Source: Octopus vulgaris
Taxonomy: Eukaryota
DNA length: 64,000 nt
Direction of reading: 5' to 3'
Assembly: GCA_951406725.2 (NCBI GenBank)
Contig: OX597838.1
Coordinates: 13,330,001-13,394,000, forward strand
Shown: positions 57,980-64,000 of the stretch, piece after piece
Position numbering within the stretch: position 1 is the stretch's first letter
How the letters are laid out: every line of letters starts with the position of its first letter
Made by a program: the position numbers and the translations under genes
Notes under the pieces: model-generated
What the model saw: only the letters and a program-made list of their open reading frames with translations
The model's database searches: none
Told to the model about the DNA's origin: nothing

Positions 57980-58143
57980 CTGTTTTCGTTCCAGCACACG
58001 ATCTCAGATCAAGTCACTTGCTATGCAAGTACATCTCTGTAACTATATATATATTTATATATATATATATATATGTATATTGGTAAAAACAGTAAGATAA
58101 CAAAAGAAAGAAAGAGACCTTAATATTATGTAAATAGAGGAAA

Positions 58144-58536
58144 TCTTTATATATAAAAGTGAGGTTGTGTGTCTGTCTCATACGATTTAGATTCCTAACT
58201 ACTCCCACATTTTGCGGTGCAGTTTAACCAAAACCGGGTATCTTATAGTCGTGATTCATATCGAGACCGTCTGGGTATTAGCGCGCGTCTACGATGAGTC
58301 TACGATTTAAAAAAAATTTAACATCAATTTTTCCCATTTTTAATCCATTTTTGACATATATAAGGGAAGTAACTCTCTAAAATTTATTATTAAATCTCAG
58401 AACGTAAAAAGCTACAGTAACACCCCTCCCCTTTGTGGTTAGCCATATTGAGATGGCTATTATACTTTACATCTCTAAAAATGCTTATATAATTATTTCC
58501 CTTACAAACCCGAGCAACGCCGGGCGATACTGCTAG
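58144..58536 (+). mobile_element. Non-autonomous Helitron with a different cargo
   Basis: TC..hairpin-CTAG termini; abuts a tail homologous to 6603-6668. Confidence 0.9.
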
Positions 58537-58657
58537 TGTGTATATATTTATAATGTGTGTGTATTATAGATGCATACATTATATATATATAAAAGATGTA
58601 TATGTATGTATGAATATATAAGTACCACAGAATTTGAATCAAACTGTTTTGATCCAT

Positions 58658-58696
<39 letters not shown>

Positions 58697-58923
58697 AACA
58701 CTACCATCCATGAGACATCCTAACATAATCAATGCTACTACTACAATCATCATCATTATCATCATCATCCACTGCCGCCACCACCACCACCACCTCTACA
58801 AAAACACCAACACTATAATTGCTGCCATCATACACATCCACTGTCACCACTACCACCACTGCCATGATAACCACATCTACCACAGCTGTTTGCTTACTGC
58901 TTACCCACTCACAAAATAGCTAT

Positions 58924-59153
58924 CTACGTCACATTAACACTATGCAGCTAATAATTTCAAATGAAAACAGACAATATGATTGGTTAAAATTCGCAGATTT
59001 AAACTACGTTTAAACTTATAAAATACATTTTTATCAAAAAAACTAGTAGAAATTATTGTTTTTTTTTTACACATTCTACCAGTATACGAAGTTTCAAATT
59101 ATTTAGTTAACTAGAAAAATCTGAAAAATCTGACTTTCAAAAAGAAAAGATCC
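58924..59153 (-). mobile_element. Right arm of ~240-bp inverted pair
   Basis: ACACATTCTACCAGTATACGAAGTTTCAAATT etc. inverted relative to 55902-56145. Confidence 0.65.
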
Positions 59154-59452
59154 TGAAGAAGTTTAACCAAAATTTCAACACGTGAAATATGTGTGTGCAT
59201 GTATTACAAAAAGAAAATAGAAACTACACGTAGAAATGTAAGGGGAAAGTAAGAAGAAAAATTTGCGAAAATGCTCATTGGAAATCAAAAGAAGTAAAGG
59301 CTTTTTATGAACAGTAACAATAGTTATATACAATTAGATGAACTGAGGTAGGAATAAAATCAGATTTAGGACTGAATCCAATTTTATAGTAAAATATTAT
59401 ATAATATTAATTCATAACTTCATAACTTAAAATTGAATAGAAGATCTGAATA

Positions 59453-59498
59453 CCACCTGATGAATGTCCTTAGAAGAGACACGAAACAATTGTAGTGG
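59453..59498 (+). ncRNA. Type I hammerhead ribozyme
   Basis: CCAC-CUGAUGA-A-UGUC..GACA-C-GAAAC-AAUU-GUA-GUGG. Confidence 0.8.
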
Positions 59499-59591
59499 CG
59501 AATTTAATTTTATTTAATTTATATAAAATTTTTTATGTATTGGATTAAATCTTTCTTTGTTTGATTTGCATAATAGTGGTTTTGTCTCTAA

Positions 59592-59639
<48 letters not shown>

Positions 59640-60337
59640 GACCCGACACCGTTTGGTAATCGGTGTGCATTCAAAGCAGTGATTTTACGAAACCGGTATG
59701 CTTTTGAATCTCTTTAACAATTCACAATAATGACTTTTATTACTTTTATTCCTACCTCAGTTCATCTGTGCCTCATTCCTGGGTGATAGAATCACTACAC
59801 CTTGCCAAAGTACCAGCTGCTTTAGTGAATGCCGCTGAAAGACCAACCACAACATGCTCCAAACAGTTACCACTGACAAACTATTAAAGCAATACCTATT
59901 GTTACAAACAGATTTCAGCTATCAACAGGCATATTCCAGCTCTCTATCCATCCATCAATCCATCCAACTATCTTTTAATTATTCGATCGATATATCTATC
60001 TGTCTACCTACCTATATATATATATCTCAATCTATTTTCTATCTACATACCTACCTACCTCTATTCCTCTCTCCACACTTATACACACCTTCCTCACTTC
60101 CTCTTTACCTCTCTTTCTCTCCCTCTCCTTTTCTCTCCCTCTCCTTTTCTCTCCCTCTCCTTTTCCCCCCACCCTTCTCTCCCTACATACCTCCATCCAT
60201 CCTATCCCTCTATTTCTCACCAGCTATTTCATCCTACTCCACGTATACTAAACGTGCCAACACCAACATAATCTCTAAACTGCATTTTTCTCCATAAAAT
60301 AAAATTATCTTTCTTATTTTAAAAATAACATCAACGA

Positions 60338-60736
60338 CAGGAGTGGCTGTGTGGTAAAGAGCTTGCTTTCCAACCACATGGTTCCGGGTTCAGTCCCACT
60401 GCGTGGCACCTTGGGCAAATGTCTTCTACTATAGCCTCAGGCCGACCAAAGCCTTGTGAGTGGATTTGGTAGACGGAAACTGAAAGAAGCCCGTCGTATA
60501 TATGTATATATATGTGTGTGTCTGTATGTCTGTGTTCGTCCCCCCAGCATCGCTTGACAACTGATGCTGGTGTGTTTACGTCACTGTAACTTAGCGGTTC
60601 GGCAAAAGAGACCGATAGAATAAGTACTGGGCTTACAAAGAATAAGTCCTGGGGGGGGGTCGATTTCCTCGACTAAAAGGCGGTGCTCCAGCTTGGCCGC
60701 AGTCAAATGACTGAAACAAGTAAAAGAGTAAAAGAG
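60338..60736 (+). mobile_element. SINE family A
   Basis: Full-length family match. Confidence 0.92.
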
Positions 60737-61039
60737 GGAGACAGCAACAACGACAACAAAAATATTAAATTAATCAAAAAATATTATATTGTTTTAAGAA
60801 ATGTTGTCGACAACAGAGTTGGTGAGGAGCATACTTCTGACAAGCTACCTTGACCTAAAAACATTAGTTTCTTAAAGTCCATTTGTTGTTGTTGTTGTTG
60901 TTGCTGCTGCTGCTACTGCTGTTTCTGCTGATGTTGTTGTTGTTCTGCTTCTGTACTGTTTTGATCGCAATTGTAATTTCTAGACGTCGATCGTTCAACC
61001 AAAGCCGACGCATAAGCGCAGACATGGCGATATGGCGAC

Positions 61040-61314
61040 GCGAGGTGTCATGGCCGTCCGGTTAAGAAGTTCTCCTTCGAGTTCAATCCAACCACGCGCG
61101 GCACCTTTAAGCAAGTGTCTTCTTCTATAGTCCCCGGACCAACCAACCAACTAACGACCTGTGAGTGTGAATTCAGCAACCCCTACACCCATTTCAGATA
61201 TGCATTTGGGTGCGTTCGTGATTCAAGTTTTATCGATCGATCGATCGATCGATCGACTGAAAATATGGGGAACGCGCCTCACAATGAGATCTTCGTCAGA
61301 GCTAAAACAAATCA

Positions 61315-61365
<51 letters not shown>

Positions 61366-61597
61366 CTTCGCGTTTATGTTGTGCTTTTTTCCACCACCCA
61401 ACCGCTCGGCAAGCGGTGATGGTTTCTTTATGTCCCTGTAACATAGCGGTTCACAAAAATAAGAAACCGATAGAATGAGTACCAGACTTTTAAAAAAATA
61501 GGTACGGGTGTCGATTTTTTTTTTGTACTAAAACTCTTGAAAGAAGTGTCCCAGCATGGCCGCAGTTCAATGACTGAAACAAGTGAAAGATAAAAGA
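61040..61597 (+). mobile_element. Old SINE family A relative
   Basis: Diverged head and CCAGCATGGCCGCAG..CTGAAACAAG tail. Confidence 0.7.
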
Positions 61598-61795
61598 CAT
61601 CTATTAGCGACAGAGGTAATATTAATACCGAGGAAGTAATATTAATCCCACACTTAAACATGGATGTTCTGTTAGAACAAACTATACTGCGGTAGATATC
61701 ACGAGAGAAACTATCATATTGGCTTTTGGTGAATAATGCTCTCGTGTTTATATTGCTAACAGGGAGATAAATCCCCTCCACCTCCAGCACCGAGA

Positions 61796-61842
61796 CCACC
61801 AGATCACGTGATTTCAACCTTACTTGGTCTCGTCAGTGATGG
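61796..61842 (-). ncRNA. Type I hammerhead ribozyme in a pLTR-like segment
   Basis: CCAUCA-CUGACGA-GACC AAGUAA GGUU-GAAA-UCACGUGA-UC-UGGUGG; TATATAAATA ~85 nt upstream. Confidence 0.85.
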
Positions 61843-61947
61843 ACGCTCGACCGCTAGAGACAGTAGTAATTCGTCTCACCGCCAGTGATATATGGAATAA
61901 TAGCGTCAGGACAGACGCTGGTGTGGTATTTATATAGTGGTATTTAA

Positions 61948-62178
61948 GGCGGCGAGCTGGCAGAAACGTTAGCACGCCGGGCGAAATGCTTAGCGGTATT
62001 TCGTCTGCCGTTACGATGTGAGTTCAAATTCCGCCGAGGTCGACTTTGCCTTTCATCCTTTCGGGTTCGATAAATTAAGTACCAGTTACGCACTGGGGTC
62101 GATGTAATCGACTTAATACCTATGTCTGTCCTTGTTTGTCCTCTCTGTGTTTAGCCCCTTGTGAGTAATTAAGAAATA
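61948..62178 (+). mobile_element. SINE family B with TSD beginning GGTATTTA
   Basis: GGTATTTA at 61925/61939 and 62179. Confidence 0.92.
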
Positions 62179-62399
62179 GGTATTTATGTAGTGAGCTTGT
62201 TGGAAAATAAAAATTTAAAAGATATATAAAATAAAGTTTGAACATTCTCCTAGTTGAAACTAATTAATGCTAGTCACGCAGGTAAGAGCGGTTGTCAAAA
62301 TCTCTTTTAAGGTGGTTGATGAAAACTTGCTCCAATAATTCCTTAGTTTGGAGGACGTGATTCTAACCACGGCTTTCCTCTTTTGATATTTCTTTCTTT

Positions 62400-62645
62400 C
62401 TTTTACTTTTTGCTTGTTTGAGTCATTGGGTTGCGACCATTCTAGGGCACTGCCTTGAAGAGTTGGGTTTAGTCGAACAAATCGAGCCCGGTACTTATGC
62501 TAGTTTTTTTTAAGTCTGGTACTTTATCATATCGGTCTGTTTTTGCCGAAACCGCTAAGCTAGGGTGACGTAAACAAACCAACACTAGTTATCAAGCTAA
62601 AACATCGGTACACACACGCACTCACACACAGGTCTATACGTATGT

Positions 62646-62677
<32 letters not shown>

Positions 62678-62890
62678 GTGAGTAAGTGAGTGAGTAAATA
62701 TGTGTGTAAATATATACACAGCGGGCTTCTTCACAGTTTTTGTCTACCAAATTCACTTACAAAGCGTTGCTGATCCCAGGGCTATCGCAGAAGGTACCGG
62801 CTTGCCTAAGGTGCCGCGCAGTGGAACAGAGCCTGAAATCTCGTGGTTGTAAAGAGAGCCTCTTTAGTAAACAGCTATGTCTACGCCTAT
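62400..62890 (-). mobile_element. Old SINE family A relative
   Basis: Diverged family match. Confidence 0.7.
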
Positions 62891-63229
62891 ATCAAACAAC
62901 CTGTTTCACAAACTTCCCAAAAATCAATTGTCTCTGCCCCCCCCCCTCCAGTGGACGGTGCTGAGTTGTCAAACATTTAAACCAAATTTTCTCGAAACAA
63001 TTGTCAATGTAAAGAGATGAACTTATAAAGTGTTAAGAATTGAATTGAAAAAAGAGACAATTATGGAATTGGAAAAGAGATTTGAGAAGAAAATAGAGAA
63101 TAATGTGTATTGTATTTCGGACAGGTAAGTGATGATAGCGGATGGGGCCGTTAGCATCGCTTTCATCTATCATTTTCATTTTCCATTTTTTCATAAACAG
63201 GTAATTGTGATGTTTTATGTCCCCAATGT

Positions 63230-63631
63230 TACTCTTTTACTTGTTTCAGTCATTTGACTGCGGCCATGCTGGAGCACCGCCTTTAATCGAGCAACTCGAC
63301 CCCGGGACTTATTCTTTTTTGTAAGCCCAGTACTTATTCTATCGGTCTCTTTTTTGCCGAACTGCTAAGTGACGGGGACGTAAACACACCAGCATCGGTT
63401 GTCAAGCAATGCTAGGGGGACAAACACAGACACACAAACATATACACACACATATATATATATTCATATATACGACAGGCTTCTTTCAGTTTCCGTCTAC
63501 CAAATCCACTCACAAGGCATTGGTCGACCCGGGGTTATAGCAGAAGACACTTGCCCAAGATGCCACGCAGTGGGACTGAACCCGGAACCATGTGGTTGGT
63601 TAGCAAGCTACTTACCACACAGCCACTCCTG
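63230..63631 (-). mobile_element. SINE family A
   Basis: Full-length family match. Confidence 0.92.
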
Positions 63632-64000
63632 TTCTGTATCTTCTATGTTGGCCCCTTGTGGGTAATAAAGAAATCGAAAAGAGAAGTAGAGCGATAGAAA
63701 GACTGAAAGAAAGGTGGAAAGAACGATAGAACAAAAGGTGGAAAAATGAGAGGAACCAAATGCTAAGGTGAGAGCCGAAGAGAGCATAACTGGACAGGTG
63801 AGCGGTCAAAAACTAAAAGGTAGGGTGAAAGGAGAAACGGGATGGTCAGGTGGAATCGAAAAGGCAGGGGAGGGAGAGAAAACAGATAGTGAAGGGTAGA
63901 GAGGAGGGCGGTATCGGTCTCCTTGTTAATGAACCGTTGATTTACAGGGACATAAATGAACCAACGCTCATTGTCAAGTGGTGGGCGGGTGGGGTCGGTG

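Noticed and set aside
63125-63200. Strong GTAAGT..pyrimidine-CAG mini-intron
   Set aside because: Flanking frames are short, lie next to a repeat (62937-63000, inverted copy at 53243-53305) and run into a SINE; no gene support.

Overview
AT-rich, microsatellite-saturated eukaryotic intronic or intergenic DNA. The SINE families look like those of coleoid cephalopods (Octopus); this is recognition, not a database result. No intact protein-coding gene can be supported, and nearly all ORFs in the track are translated microsatellites or SINEs. The window is a mosaic of four tRNA-derived SINE families (here A-D), non-autonomous Helitrons, decayed Tc1 (DD34E), maT/mariner and hAT transposases, CR1-, RTE- and R4/Dong-like LINE 3' ends, minisatellites and long fold-back hairpins. 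The main hidden signal is about 20 type I hammerhead-ribozyme (HHR) motifs from many unrelated short elements, mostly embedded in (TA)n tracts and often with inverted partial duplications, as in Penelope-like pLTRs or retrozymes. They include apparent U3-A8 and G3-C8 compensatory core variants, very long stem II versions and palindromic stem III. A second notable signal is a SINE (family B) whose target-site consensus matches a site inside itself and which forms identical-junction tandem arrays.
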